From Veleropilina oligotropha (Eukaryota): 64,000 nt of DNA. Below are positions 39,345 through 50,804 of the stretch, piece after piece (position 1 is the first letter of the stretch; each line of letters starts with the position of its first letter). Location: contig JBEUKZ010000058.1 of the NCBI GenBank assembly GCA_048128005.1, forward strand, positions 62,001 through 126,000, read 5' to 3'. The notes below the pieces were generated by a model. It searched no databases. It was not told the origin of the DNA and was given only the letters and a program-made list of their open reading frames with translations. The translations under genes and the position numbers were made by a program.

Positions 39345-42078
39345 CTGTAGTCGATTCATCGTTTAGTCATTTAGATTTCTTGTGCGCACAGTACAGTCAA
39401 CAGTTCTGAACAGATTTCATTCAAATTTGATATGCGCATTTATGAAGTTTGATGAGGAAACGATGCTGAGTGTTTACATAAAGTTTCTTTGATCAATGAT
39501 GTTTGTCGCTTTCCTCTTTTCACAATTTTTATCGTGTTGGTGATCGCTAAAGCGGGGCCTCTGTGATGGTGTTCCATCACTTTTTATCTAGTTTGATTTC
39601 TGAAGATTTGCGTTTGGCTCTGTTTCTCAAAAGTATAAGATCGAGATCAACATAACAATAGATGTTTCATGGGTACTGATGTTAAATGAATGCTTCGGAT
39701 GCTGAATATTAGTATATAACATATATTATATAGTACAATGACTTTGTCATCATAGTAATCATTAAATCTGTGTTAAGATTTTGCTTTGTTTCCATATATC
39801 TTTTCACTCTAGCATCAGTTCAACTTCAAACTTCACATGTGCAAACCTTATGAGCTGAAAAAAGTGCATACATATTTTTTTTTAAATAATAATAAATTAC
39901 AAAAATTATTAAAAAAAAAATCTTTTTTATATATCAAGAAGTTTCATGATTGATTTTCATCATGTCTCTAGCAGTTATTCTGAAATAATTAATTATGCCT
40001 TAAAGTATTTAGGATAGAAGGTATTTTTTGAAGAGTTAGTAAATTTATTTTGTTTATTTATCTAAATGTTATGTGTGTATGATGAAAGGGACATGTGCTT
40101 ATCTGTAATACTTGCTCACTGCCAATAGGCAAAGTAAGCTGTTAAGCTTAATGGTCACTTTGTGAAGCTGGATTATCACAATCTTATGGATTGAATGGAT
40201 TTTGATAACTGGCTTCCCCATTGGTTTCTTCCATGCGTATCTTGAAATGGTAGTATATATATTACCATTACAAGAACAGACTGTATCCAGTGTCTAATAT
40301 CACTCCCTGCAACTGCAAATTATTGTATGATATGCACATTAGTTATTACAGCCTGACATATCAATTTACTCTTATATATTGATGTTGGATAAAGCTAGGG
40401 ATGTCATTTGATGCTTTCACACTAATATTGCCTGCATATATGTGATTATAGCGCTGTTTTATGCACTTGTATTTTAATTTTAACAGATATATGCTCTCTG
40501 TTCTCTAGGGTTTTTTGGTCAAAAATGTATTTCATTGATTATAAATAGATATATTTTACACTGGAAAACCTTGATTAAGATGTCTGATTAAAGTTTCAAT
40601 GTGATGTGATTTTGGTGTCTTTCTGTCTGTAGTACCTTTGGTTAAAGTGGCACTATCAATGGCGACTAAAAGCTCTTCTGCGTCGAGAAATTAGAAAAGC
40701 TAATCATTCGCAACTAGTAGAGGAGCAAACTTGGTTTCTTTGGACGAGAGTGGCTATGTTGATAGCATTGATTTTACTCAATCTAGGCTAAATGCATACA
40801 GTTATGATTTAGACAAAAAGTTGTCTCAGGATCGGTGTTTCAAGCATTTATTGCAATATGCTAAGTTTTATTAGGGCCCCGTCAGGGAGCCCTATAGTGA
40901 TCACCTTTTCCGTCCGTCCTTCCGTCCGTCCGTCCGATGCTCATTTGGTTAAGGTTCAGGTTAAACTTTCTGTTAACATAATTTGATATGAATGTATGGT
41001 AATAAATGAACAAGGGAATGTTCCTAAATGCTGTATTGAGATTAACGAAAGGAATTTCATATGTTTAATTGGCATAGGAGAGAATTTAGGTTCAAAAATC
41101 TTGGTTAAGCTGTTTGGTTAAACGTTCTATTTGGTATTAATGGTTCACTTTTTCCGTATAGTTTGCTTGATAAAGGCACTTTTTTGTCGCAGGCTTCTTT
41201 GAATATTATTATTATGGATAATTCCAGAAACTGGAGTGTTGATATCGAACGAATTTATTAGAAATTTGCATGGTTAAGGTACCAGGTTAAAGGTTCAACT
41301 TGAAGCATTTTTGAAAGTTTTATGGTCAGGTTTGATTTTTTAACAAAGTTAAATGCTTGGTTATCATTTCAAGGAGCACTTTTATTAAAGGTATTTATTT
41401 TTTTTAACTTTTAACAGTAAATTTAAAAGAAAATAGTTTGGTTAAGGTACCAGGTTAAGGGTTCTCATTGAATCATTTTTGAAAGTTTTTTAGCAGTTTT
41501 TACAATGTTAAATGATTGAATATCATTTCAAGGAGCAGTTTTATTACAGGTAATTGTAATTGTTACCAATTGGATTCATTTTTTAAAATTTTATCGGGAA
41601 ATTTAAAAGAAAATAGTGTGGTTAAGATTCCAAGTTTTAGTTTCTAAGCATTTTTGAAAGTTTTATGGCCATGTTTGATATTCTAACAGACTTAAATGTT
41701 TGTAATGCATGGTAGCTGTAAATGTTATCTAATGGATACATTGAAATTTTACATTTCAAATTTTAAATTTATTTTTAAATTTAATTTTAAATTTTAAATT
41801 TAATTGTAAATTTAATTGAAAAGAAAATCGTTATTGATCTTCAATGTCTATCTGTTTCGGTCATTTGTCTCTCTGTCAGACTTGCTCTAGGCTTGTAGTT
41901 GTTACTACAGGTACAGTAAGCCGTGAGACTTAAGGTGACAGGTTGTGGGGCTATATATATTTAATATCATAGCTTCCCTGTTGGCAGTAGCCAATGGGTT
42001 CTTGATCGTACTAGTATCAAGACCAAGCTGTATCCCATGGCCAATACAAGCTTCATAAAATGGTCAATGTGTGTGGAA

Positions 42079-42437
42079 TCAGTATAGGTTACTAACCGAG
42101 TTGGAGGTATTCATCGATTTGAAAGACCTGCGCCCGTGCGGATCGTGACACCGAGACCGCGGAGCGGTCGAGGTGTTACAGCACGGAAGCAGGTCTTTCA
42201 AATAGATGAATACCGACTAACGAGGTTTGTAACCGAATTACACAACGGCCAATTATAGCTCCTTTGTTGTCAATTTAGCTTGTGATCAGCTTTAGCTGTC
42301 TTGCACGGACGCAGGTCGGTATAGAGTGAAAAGTAGGTTGGTATGGCTATACCACCCTACTTTTGAATCGTCATTGAAAACAAGGTGTTCACGCTGAATA
42401 CCAACCTCTTCAAAACAAAAGAGCCGTTGTGTAATAA
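42079..42437 (+). mobile_element. Hairpin/ICR mini-element C
   Basis: Hairpin ~42087-42234; inner attacacaacggc pairs with terminal gccgttgtgtaat. Confidence 0.75.
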
Positions 42438-44817
42438 ATGTTATTAGGGCCCCGTCAGTGTCCGAGCTCTATAGTGATCACCTTTTCCATACGTCCGTCG
42501 CACATTTACTTAAGGTCCAGGAACCAAGGTTAAACATTCTGTAAACATAATTAAAGCTCCGTCAGGGATGTTTTGACAAAGTTAAATGCTTGGATATCAC
42601 TAGTAGATGCAATTTCATTAAAGATATTTGTAAATTTTATTTTTTTCAGAATATTTAATAGAAAATGACTTGGTTAATGTGCCAGGTTAAAGCTTCTGCT
42701 CCGTTGCATATTTGGTGAAGGTTCAGGTTAACGCTTCTGTTAACAAACTTAGCTCTATATGTATGCTAATAAATGAACAAGGGAATGTTCCTACATGCTG
42801 TAGTGGTATTATTGATAGGAATTTGACATGTTTAATGGATATTGGAGGGAACTTTGCATAAAATATCTTGGTTACGGTGTTTGGTTAAAGCTTACATTTC
42901 TGGTATTAAATAGTTCATTTTTATGCCAGCACCAATTTATTGGGGTGGCATTTAGATTTACTCTTGTCCATCCCGTCCCGTCCGTGTAAGCAACTCCAAT
43001 CTGCTATAACTTCTATTTGCCTTCATGGATTGACTTGATACTTTGTACACTGCCCCTATGGTCAAGGCTGCCAGTGGGGGCATTCGTGTCCGATGGACAT
43101 ATTTCTAGTTTTCATATGATTTAATGTTTAGTTTATGTCTGTCTCTGAATATAGGTACATCAAGGTGAGAGAGGCAACAGTTTGTGACACAATATCATCA
43201 TGTATAGCTTTTATGTTGGAAATATCCAGTACATAATGATTTTGGAGTAACAATAGCATAAGCTTCATCAAATGGTCAATGTAAATTTACCTTCTATTTT
43301 TGCATATATAACAATTATTGCTAACATGTGAATGTTTATCGAGTTATATTGGTGGAGCGGGGCCCACTGTGATGGTACCCCATCACTTGTTATCTAGTTG
43401 GTTTTGTGGATGTCACCTGATACTCTGGCTGTGATATTGCATAAATTTTAATATAATTAATAGAAATATAGTGGTCTTTTTGGACAGAAATTTAGGTGAA
43501 CTTTAGGTTAAAGTTTTATGGTTAAAGTTTTTCATCAAGTGTATATGGCTTGCTTAAGGCACTTTTAGGCATATATATGCTTTGTTATAGGTTGTATGGA
43601 TGTCACCTGATACACTGGCAGTAATATGAAATAAATTTTATTAATATTAATGGAAATATAGTGTTCTTTTGGAACATAGAAATTTAGGTGAACTTTAGGT
43701 TAAAGTTTTATGGTTAAAGTTTTTCATCAAGTGTATATGGCTTGCTCAAGGCACTTTTTGGCATATATATGCTTTGTTATTGGTTGTATGGATGTCACAT
43801 GATACTCGGCTAGTAATATGGAATAAATTTTAATATAGTTATTGAAAATACAGTGGTGTTTGTGGACATAGAAATTTTGGTTGAAGTTTTTCATTTAGTG
43901 GATATTGGCTACTAAAATAACTTTTTGGAAGATGTATGCTTTGGCATTATTTAATAATATGAAATAAAATTTCATATAATTAATGCATAACATTTGTGTT
44001 TTTGGAATTTTCAGCTAAAGTTTTTCAATGATTGCATATGAGATGGTCAAAACACTTTTCTAGTAAATACCTAAATCTAAAAGGGCGAGACATATCGGAC
44101 CGTGGTTCTTGTTGTAACACTGACATGCAATTGAATCATGTAAGTGCCAAACGTAATTAGCGCCTGCTCATGTTTAAATATGCACTATCGACATATGCAA
44201 TTATGTACTTATTTGAATATCAAAAAGTGTACCGGTAAGCCATGCGAAAAAATTAAAGGATTTAATAAATCAATTTTAGTGGTATATAAATATTTCTTAT
44301 TGTTTTAATTACCGTTATCATTAATTTGTATGTGATGGCAGCTGTATGCATACTGTAGATATTAAACCTGTTCAATATCGTCGCTCTCAGATTTCTTCAA
44401 TAAATACAGACTTGAGTTGCGCATATTTCATTGGGACTTTCAATTCTAGGTTTAGCCTACCCACGAAAACCATGAAAATTGGCACGCCGCGAATATTAAT
44501 GGTTCTACAGTTTATTATGTAGGAGGCTGGTAAACCGTTACGTAACTCGGGTCACAGAGAACTGAGTGTATTTTGTGGGCTAGTAAAACTAACTCATGGC
44601 ACACATATATGCTGAGTGTATAATGTAGGCAAGTAAACCGTTACATACCGCATTGTGATATAAAGCAATTTGCAGCACAAAGATTGTGTGTGATTTCATA
44701 TTGATAATTGAATTTAAATAGAATTTGTTACGGTTTAGGAAGCGCATTATTGCCACTCATATTAAAACCCCTTCATCTATAACCTGCCCTGCTTCTTAAA
44801 ATAATCATCAATCTGGT

Positions 44818-45195
44818 TTGTATCCCCCCGATTACCATCGGGGGGGATCTTGCGATCACCCAGTCTGTCTGTCCGTCCGTCTGTCTGTATGTAATCGATA
44901 TCGTTTCCGGAGCATATCTCGTACACCGTTCAACTAACTTTGCAAAAGTTGCTGGATGTATTAAGTAGTAGGTGAACTGGTGCCTTTTGCCAGTTTCGAC
45001 GATATGTGGCGATTATTAACAGAGTTATTGCCCTTGTTGTCAATTTTTTAATGTTATCTTTTCCGGAGCGTATCACATAGACCGCTCAACATAACTTTGC
45101 GAAACTTCCTGGGTGTATTAAGTAGTTGATGAACTGGTGCATTTTGCTAATTGCAACATTGTGTGGCGATTAATAACAGAGTTATTGCCCTTGTA
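44818..45195 (+). mobile_element. HINE-like element 5' part
   Basis: T-run, hairpin atccccccgat..atcgggggggat, GTCT/GTCC microsatellite, repeated unit ending cagagttattgcccttg. Confidence 0.6.
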
Positions 45196-45811
45196 AATTT
45201 GTTGTGTGCGCTCTACAGTGAAAAGTTATAATCCGATTTGATTCAAATTTGGTATGCGCTTTAGTTATGATGACGACACGCCACCTAACGATTCTCGTCA
45301 TTTTCGATCGAAGATGGTCGCCGTGGCGGCCATTTTGTTTGGAGAAATTTCTTGTGCGCGCTCTACGGTGAAAAAATTTAATGTGATTTGATTCAAATTT
45401 GGTATGCGTGTTAGTTATGATGAGGACACACCGACTAACGATTTCGTCAGTTTCGGATTCAAGATGGCCGCCTTTGACGAGAATTGCAATCAGCTCTCTA
45501 CACTGAAAAATTCTAATCCGATTTGAATCAAATTTGATATTCAACTTTGTTATGATGAGGACACGCCGCCTAACGATTTTCGACGTTTTCATATCAAAGA
45601 TGGCTGCCGTGGCAGCCATTTTATTTAGAGAGATTTCATGTACGCGCTTTACAGTGAAATATTTTAATCAGATTTGATTCAAATTTGGTAATCATGTTAG
45701 TTATGATGAGAAAACACCGCCTAACGATTTTCGTCAATTTTGGATTCTGATGTCTAGTCGGAATCTTTTTTTGTTGTATTTATGGTTCCTGGTAGGTCTT
45801 TGGTTCATCTA

Positions 45812-46000
45812 ACCGTCCTCAATAGCTTAACTGGTTAGAGCGTCGGAAAAAACCGTTATGTGGGACGGTAGGATGTGAGTTCAAGCCCGTTCCGACCTGG
45901 TTTATTCTAAGGCTTAAGACTAATAGATGGCATAATAATCTCTAATGTATGTCGGTCAGATCGGAGTGAGATCTTAAACCGGGTGTCCCGATCACGTTAA
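45812..46000 (+). mobile_element. tRNA-derived SINE fragment
   Basis: A-box-like tagcttaactggttagagc and B-box-like gagttcaagccc; no clean cloverleaf. Confidence 0.55.
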
Positions 46001-46273
46001 GGCTGAAAAATTGCCAAAGGGATCGTCAACGTTGTCAACTCAACTTTTTGCTTCATCTGAAAAAAGAAAGTACTGTCAACATTGTCATTTCCTGTAAACA
46101 TTTTATATAACTGAATTAGAATTTTGTCTGTCAAAAATGGGTATGTTGTTAAGTATCGTGATATACCAGACATTCCTTTATTGATAATGTCGACTTGTCA
46201 ACATATGACCCTGCCTGAATCAGTGATTATTGAGATATTAATCCCCATTGTTATTCGTAATAATTTTGTTCAG

Positions 46274-46409
46274 GAAGAGTAAGGAGGAATTCGAGCGGAT
46301 AAGGATTGCAACGGAGGAACTCCAACGCGAGCGAGACCTGGAGAAGGACAGTGATGATGCGGAACACGCGGCCAAACCCAAGCGCATCCGAAAGAAGAAG
46401 AAGTTTGAG
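46274..46409 (+). CDS. HDGFL2/PSIP1-like exon (KSKEEFERIR...KKKKFE)
   Basis: ttttgttcag acceptor, gtaaac donor, 136 nt, phase 2/0; phase matches exon ending 15409 across a 30.9 kb intron. Confidence 0.85.
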
Positions 46410-46504
46410 GTAAACGTGCAATGCAGACTCTTGATGGTCTGCGATAATGATATGATGTGTCCAATAACTTAGGCCAACATGCATCAATAAAAGCTCTTGA
46501 TTAA

Positions 46505-46996
46505 TTGTATCCCCGGACAATAGTATGGATTAGTCATCGTTCAGCCGCCGCGTCTGTCGCAGAGATTTCTTGTGTGCGTTCTACAGTGAAAAGTTCTAGT
46601 CCAATTATGTTCAAATTTGGTATGCACGTTACATATCATGACGACATGCCGCCTAACGATTTTTCGTCATTTTCGGATTCAATATGGCAGCCATTTTGTT
46701 TGAAGAGATTTCTTGTGCGCGCTGTACAGTGAAATATTTTCATCCGATTTGATTCAAATTTGGTATGCGCTTTAGTTGTGATGAGAACACTCCGTCTAAC
46801 GATATTCGTCGTTTTCCGATTCAGGCAGCCATTTTCTAAGAGATTTCTTGTGCACGCTATACATTGAAAAATTATTCTATTTGATTCAAGTTTGATATAC
46901 ACATTTGGTATGATGATGACATGACGCCTATCGATTTTCGTTGCCGTTGGAAGGTATACACTCCTTCGACTTGGTGGGTCGAGGATTTGCTAGTTT
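46505..46996 (+). mobile_element. HINE-like element with ~140-bp internal repeats
   Basis: 5' ttgtatcccc; 3' hairpin cttcgac..gtcgagg followed by gctagtt. Confidence 0.65.
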
Positions 46997-47257
46997 TTAT
47001 TTCCCATCAAACGAAGTTAGGGGTCAAATAGTGTTACTCACATCTGTTCGTCCCTCCGAATTTAGTTTCCGGGCGATAACTTGAAAATGAATTCATGGAA
47101 TAAAATTGTATTTGGTGTATATATGCAAGTGTATGATCAGAATATCTAGGTGTAATTCCTTTGGGTAAAATACAGACGTCACTTAATTGAGTTATTGCCC
47201 TTGATTTACTGTCTGTTTTTTTAGAGCTTACGTGTTTCGTTGGTTGTGCAATTTCAG

Positions 47258-47668
47258 AGCGACGATGACGAGTCCCCATCGAAGCCTAAGAAGGAGAGGA
47301 AAGTGGAGAAAAGCAGCTCAAACAAACGGAAAAGCAAGTCGAAGAAAGTGGACAGTTCCTCTGAGGATGATAACGATCGTGTTCAAAACATTCATCTTGA
47401 GAATGACGAGGACAATGAAACTAAGAAAAACCTTCGTCTTGCAGAAAGTGACGAGGAAATAATAATTCTTAATGATGGTAAAAATAGCATTGAAACAATA
47501 GTGAAATCTGGTAACGAGTCTGACTCACAAGATTCAAAAACGTCTGCCACGAATATAGCTCAAAAAGAGCGAGATCGCCGAAAAGACGATACATTGCCTA
47601 GGGACGATAAAACCAATAAAGATAAACCTTCTAGTAAAGATTCCAGTAGCAAAAAGGATTCCACTAAG
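47258..47668 (+). CDS. HDGFL2/PSIP1-like exon (SDDDESPSKPKK...KKDSTK)
   Basis: atttcag acceptor, gtaagc donor, 411 nt open, phase 0/0; lies within ORF 47240..47695. Confidence 0.9.
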
Positions 47669-47963
47669 GTAAGCTTTCCCAAAATATTCTTTTGAAAACG
47701 ATTCTTGTGAAAACTTCTCATCAACTGTCTGGGAATGCGAGTTTGGATTTTGAAGACCAATTCATTTGAGATTTCGTTGAAGAATTTAGTTTCTCTGACC
47801 AGTAGAGTGAACCATATGATCTTCAATGTTAATTCTTTGTATGTGCCTTGCGTGTATAACATATTGTCTAGACCAAGATCATATGAGGAGAGGTCATTTG
47901 AAACTCAACCCCCTGCTACTACTATGTCATCTTATTTGGGAAGTCATTTGGTCAAGTGGAACA

Positions 47964-48226
47964 GGGCCGCTTCGGCAACGCAGTGGGTAAGAGTGTCCAC
48001 TCTAAATTCACTGGCTTGATTCCGCTAATGCGAACAGTGGTGGGTTCAATACCTGGCTGAGGCATTGACATTTATTCAAGTTATGAATCACAGTTGTCCG
48101 CGACTGGTCGAAGAGGGCTGGTTTACCCGGGCGACCGGGGTTTCCTCCTGCGATAACACGGACATGTCCTGCCTTGAACCTCGATGTTGTAAATATACAG
48201 GACATTAAACATCATTCCTCCCTCCT
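47964..48226 (+). mobile_element. tRNA-derived SINE
   Basis: A-box-like gcagtgggtaagag, B-box gggttcaatacc, central ggtttacccggg..ccggggtttcctcc motif, taaacatcattcctccctcc tail. Confidence 0.75.
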
Positions 48227-48601
48227 CAAGTGGAAAATGTGTTATTGATTATTGTTCTCTCAATGCGTAGTCTAGAAACCAATAGGCAAGTCTGTCTGCG
48301 GATCATGCCTCTAGTCTCAAATATAATTATATCAAAGTGTGCCTTATACATATATATTGTGTAGTTTTATTTGTCAGGAGACAGTATTTATAACATTAAT
48401 GAATATAATGTGCAAAATCCTATTTTATGCATCCCAATGTGTCTTCAAGTGCAGAATTGTTATATTTGGTGAGACAGCAATATTAAGAGATCCATACTTT
48501 TCCATTTTCTGGACAAATTCGTTTTTTACTGATTTATATAATTTGGTCACTGATTGATGCCATTATTTATTTATTTCTGCTGCTTTTTGCACAATTTACA
48601 G

Positions 48602-48667
48602 AATAAAGATGAAAATTCCAAAAATAATAAAATTAGGGAAAAGGAAGAGAGGAGAAAAGAAAAGCAG
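48602..48667 (+). CDS. HDGFL2/PSIP1-like exon (NKDENSKNNKIREKEERRKEKQ)
   Basis: tttacag acceptor, gtgaga donor, 66 nt, phase 0/0. Confidence 0.75.
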
Positions 48668-49035
48668 GTGAGATTTGTTTATTAAGACTCTATCGATCAA
48701 TTCAGTGTGAAATGTTGGCCTATCTATGTTGGGACTATTCACAACCGAACGTGGTTTAGTCCGTACTATAGTCCTACCAAGTTTTACGTTGCTTCGGAGC
48801 ACAGTCGAGCTTGGTTTCAAACTGGCTGCCGTTAATGAAAAGTTAGCCTTTAAAGTACGTTTCTGATGAAATGTTTCTTATAGGTCCTATCATCCCCTTT
48901 TTGTATAAGAAAAGTGTAAATTATAATATGTCGCCATTTTATGAAGCCGTCATTCACGCGACAGTGGAAGAATTGTTAATGATTGAAATGGATTGATTAT
49001 TTAAGGCTAAAATTTGGAATATTTCTTATTTTCAG

Positions 49036-49139
49036 GATGATAAAAGTTCCAGGAAATCCACGAAGCCGTTACACGACCACAAAGATAGTGCTAGAAGGGA
49101 GGATGACCGGAAGAAGAGGGGGGAGAAGGACAGGAAAAT
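49036..49139 (+). CDS. HDGFL2/PSIP1-like exon (DDKSSRKSTK...EKDRK)
   Basis: tattttcag acceptor; weak gtgaat donor; 104 nt, phase 0/2, matching the next exon. Confidence 0.75.
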
Positions 49140-50158
49140 GTGAATACCATGATAGCTGTAGAAAAGCGTTTCTTGAGATTTAATATAACCACATACATAC
49201 CATGGGCGCAATATACAGACGATGGAACTCTTAGGCCCGTTCCTCCGTTGTTCGGCAAACAATGGAATTAACCAAAGAGAGGTGAAATTGACAAGGTGCC
49301 AAACTCATTGACAAAGAAATTAACAAGGTGTTGATAGAAGTGGACTCTTCTGATAAAACGCCCACAGGGTGGTATCTGCTGTTCATTATACTTATAAGGC
49401 TTACAGGTTGCAATTTACAATAGATTGCCTTGACAGATAATACCCTGACACCCCTGCATGATATCTTATATAATTCACCTCGCTCCGCTCCGGTAATTAT
49501 GAAAGATATATTTGCAGGAGTCATGGTATTATCTATTACATAATTGCTCCGACAGTCCTTGAGCTGTATTTATGCTATTTAGGTTGAAAAATGTGCATTT
49601 GTATGACAACTTTTCCATAAGAATATTTTAAAACTTTTATAACATTTATCTAATTTAAGTCATATGTTCTTATTATGCATTTTTTTGTTCTCTTTAAAAG
49701 TGATTTGCTTTGGGGTAAAGGCGGTCTCACGCGTGATTTAGCTGCGATATCGTACGAGATATGATGTGCCAAGATATCGATTATATTCACACCGTGTGAG
49801 ATGATGTGTGATATGATGTTGTAGCGTAGATTCATGAACAGTATACGCAAGATTGTAGATGATCGTGAAAATCGTGTGCGACGGGAAGCATCTTGCGATT
49901 ATCTACGATACGAGACCCCAAGATATGACAGAAAGAAATTCGCACGTACTGCCTTTATATTTACGATGTTCGTCAAATGAACTCAAAATAAGATATGAAT
50001 TGTCCAAATACATATTATTTAGAACGACAGCATCCATTTTTAACCCCAGCTTAAAAAAAGCTGGGGTTATTGTCATCGTCCGAGGCGGACGGGCGGTTCA
50101 TGTTGTCCGGCCTATATCTCGGCTACCAAACATGTTACCTCGATTTCATATGGTATGC

Positions 50159-50804
50159 TAAGTAATGATTATAGTACGAGGCAGTGTTCTGTGTTTGAAA
50201 TATCCTAGCAGTGTTCGGTGATTGGTTTCATGTCAATCAACGAGCCGCGAAGCGGGCGAGTTGATTGACATGAAACCAATCACCGAACACTGCTAGGATA
50301 TTTCAAACACATAACACTGTAGAGTATTATAATTGACTTGGCGCAAACCCCGTTCACTGGCGAAAAACTCGTGCTGCAAAGATTATTAGGCCAGTCTGCA
50401 CAATGACCGCTTTTGCTTCGGATAAGCCAGATTGTGTTAAATTGTCTAAGATGTTGGATGCGGACGATATCTTTCTGTGTCAGTATTTGGAGGAATTCAC
50501 AACAAACACGGACTCGACGTTGTGCAATAGTCAGGTTGGAAAATATATTTTAAAAAAGTACTCTGTGTTTCTTTGTAAATATGAATGTCGCGTGTCACTA
50601 TTTTAACTCCGCCCACTCACTTGCGACGAACAACAACACTCCTGCAGCTTATTTACATAATAAATTGCCGCTGTCTGTTCGGCACGTGTGGGCGGAGCTT
50701 TCTCATTTGAAAACCATGCTATAACAGATGTGTTATAGCACCCCGATATTGGGTTTAAACGAACAGAAACAACAAAGGAAATTTGCGGTGGTGTGCGCCA
50801 ACTA
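50159..50804 (+). mobile_element. Hairpin/ICR mini-element D (nested in a HINE starting ~50038)
   Basis: Long near-perfect hairpin ~50160-50340; inner ttggcgcaaacc pairs with terminal ggtgtgcgccaa. Confidence 0.8.

Larger units (their letters stand above)
27829..39591 (+). repeat. Four-unit tandem array of the 3' part of a second HINE family (units 27829-31714, 31715-35610, 35611-38203, 38204-39591)
   Basis: Each unit starts ttatttttaaatataaacataac and ends gcggggcctctgtgatggtgttccatcactttttatctag; 5' end of this family at ~27503 (taggccccgcaggg). Confidence 0.92.
27226..44112 (+). mobile_element. Outer HINE (family with tgtctcgccc subTIR) split by a ~15.9-kb nested block
   Basis: 5' end tgtttcgcccagaagg at ~27227; repeat unit interrupted at ~27503, resumes at ~43400, ends gggcgagacatatcggaccgtggttcttgtt. 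Confidence 0.7.

Noticed and set aside
27829..39591. Array as an assembly artefact
   Set aside because: Units differ by distinct clean insertions, an excision footprint and diagnostic substitutions
45182..45619. 145-aa minus-strand ORF with internal repeats (also 9197..9514, 46636..46902, 6700..7209)
   Set aside because: Translation of non-coding tandem repeat units
45812..45900. Possible tRNA gene
   Set aside because: A/B boxes are present but there is no convincing cloverleaf or terminator; it continues into SINE-like body sequence
755..49139. Host gene as ATRX or another K/S/D/E-rich chromatin protein
   Set aside because: Low-complexity exons are uninformative; the in-frame downstream exons encode an IBD and point to HDGFL2/PSIP1
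49716..49957. Possible Harbinger-type MITE (taa aggcgg... / ...ctgcct tta); also weak cccagg/cctggg ends at ~51123-51918
   Set aside because: Inverted repeats are too short or degenerate to define boundaries confidently
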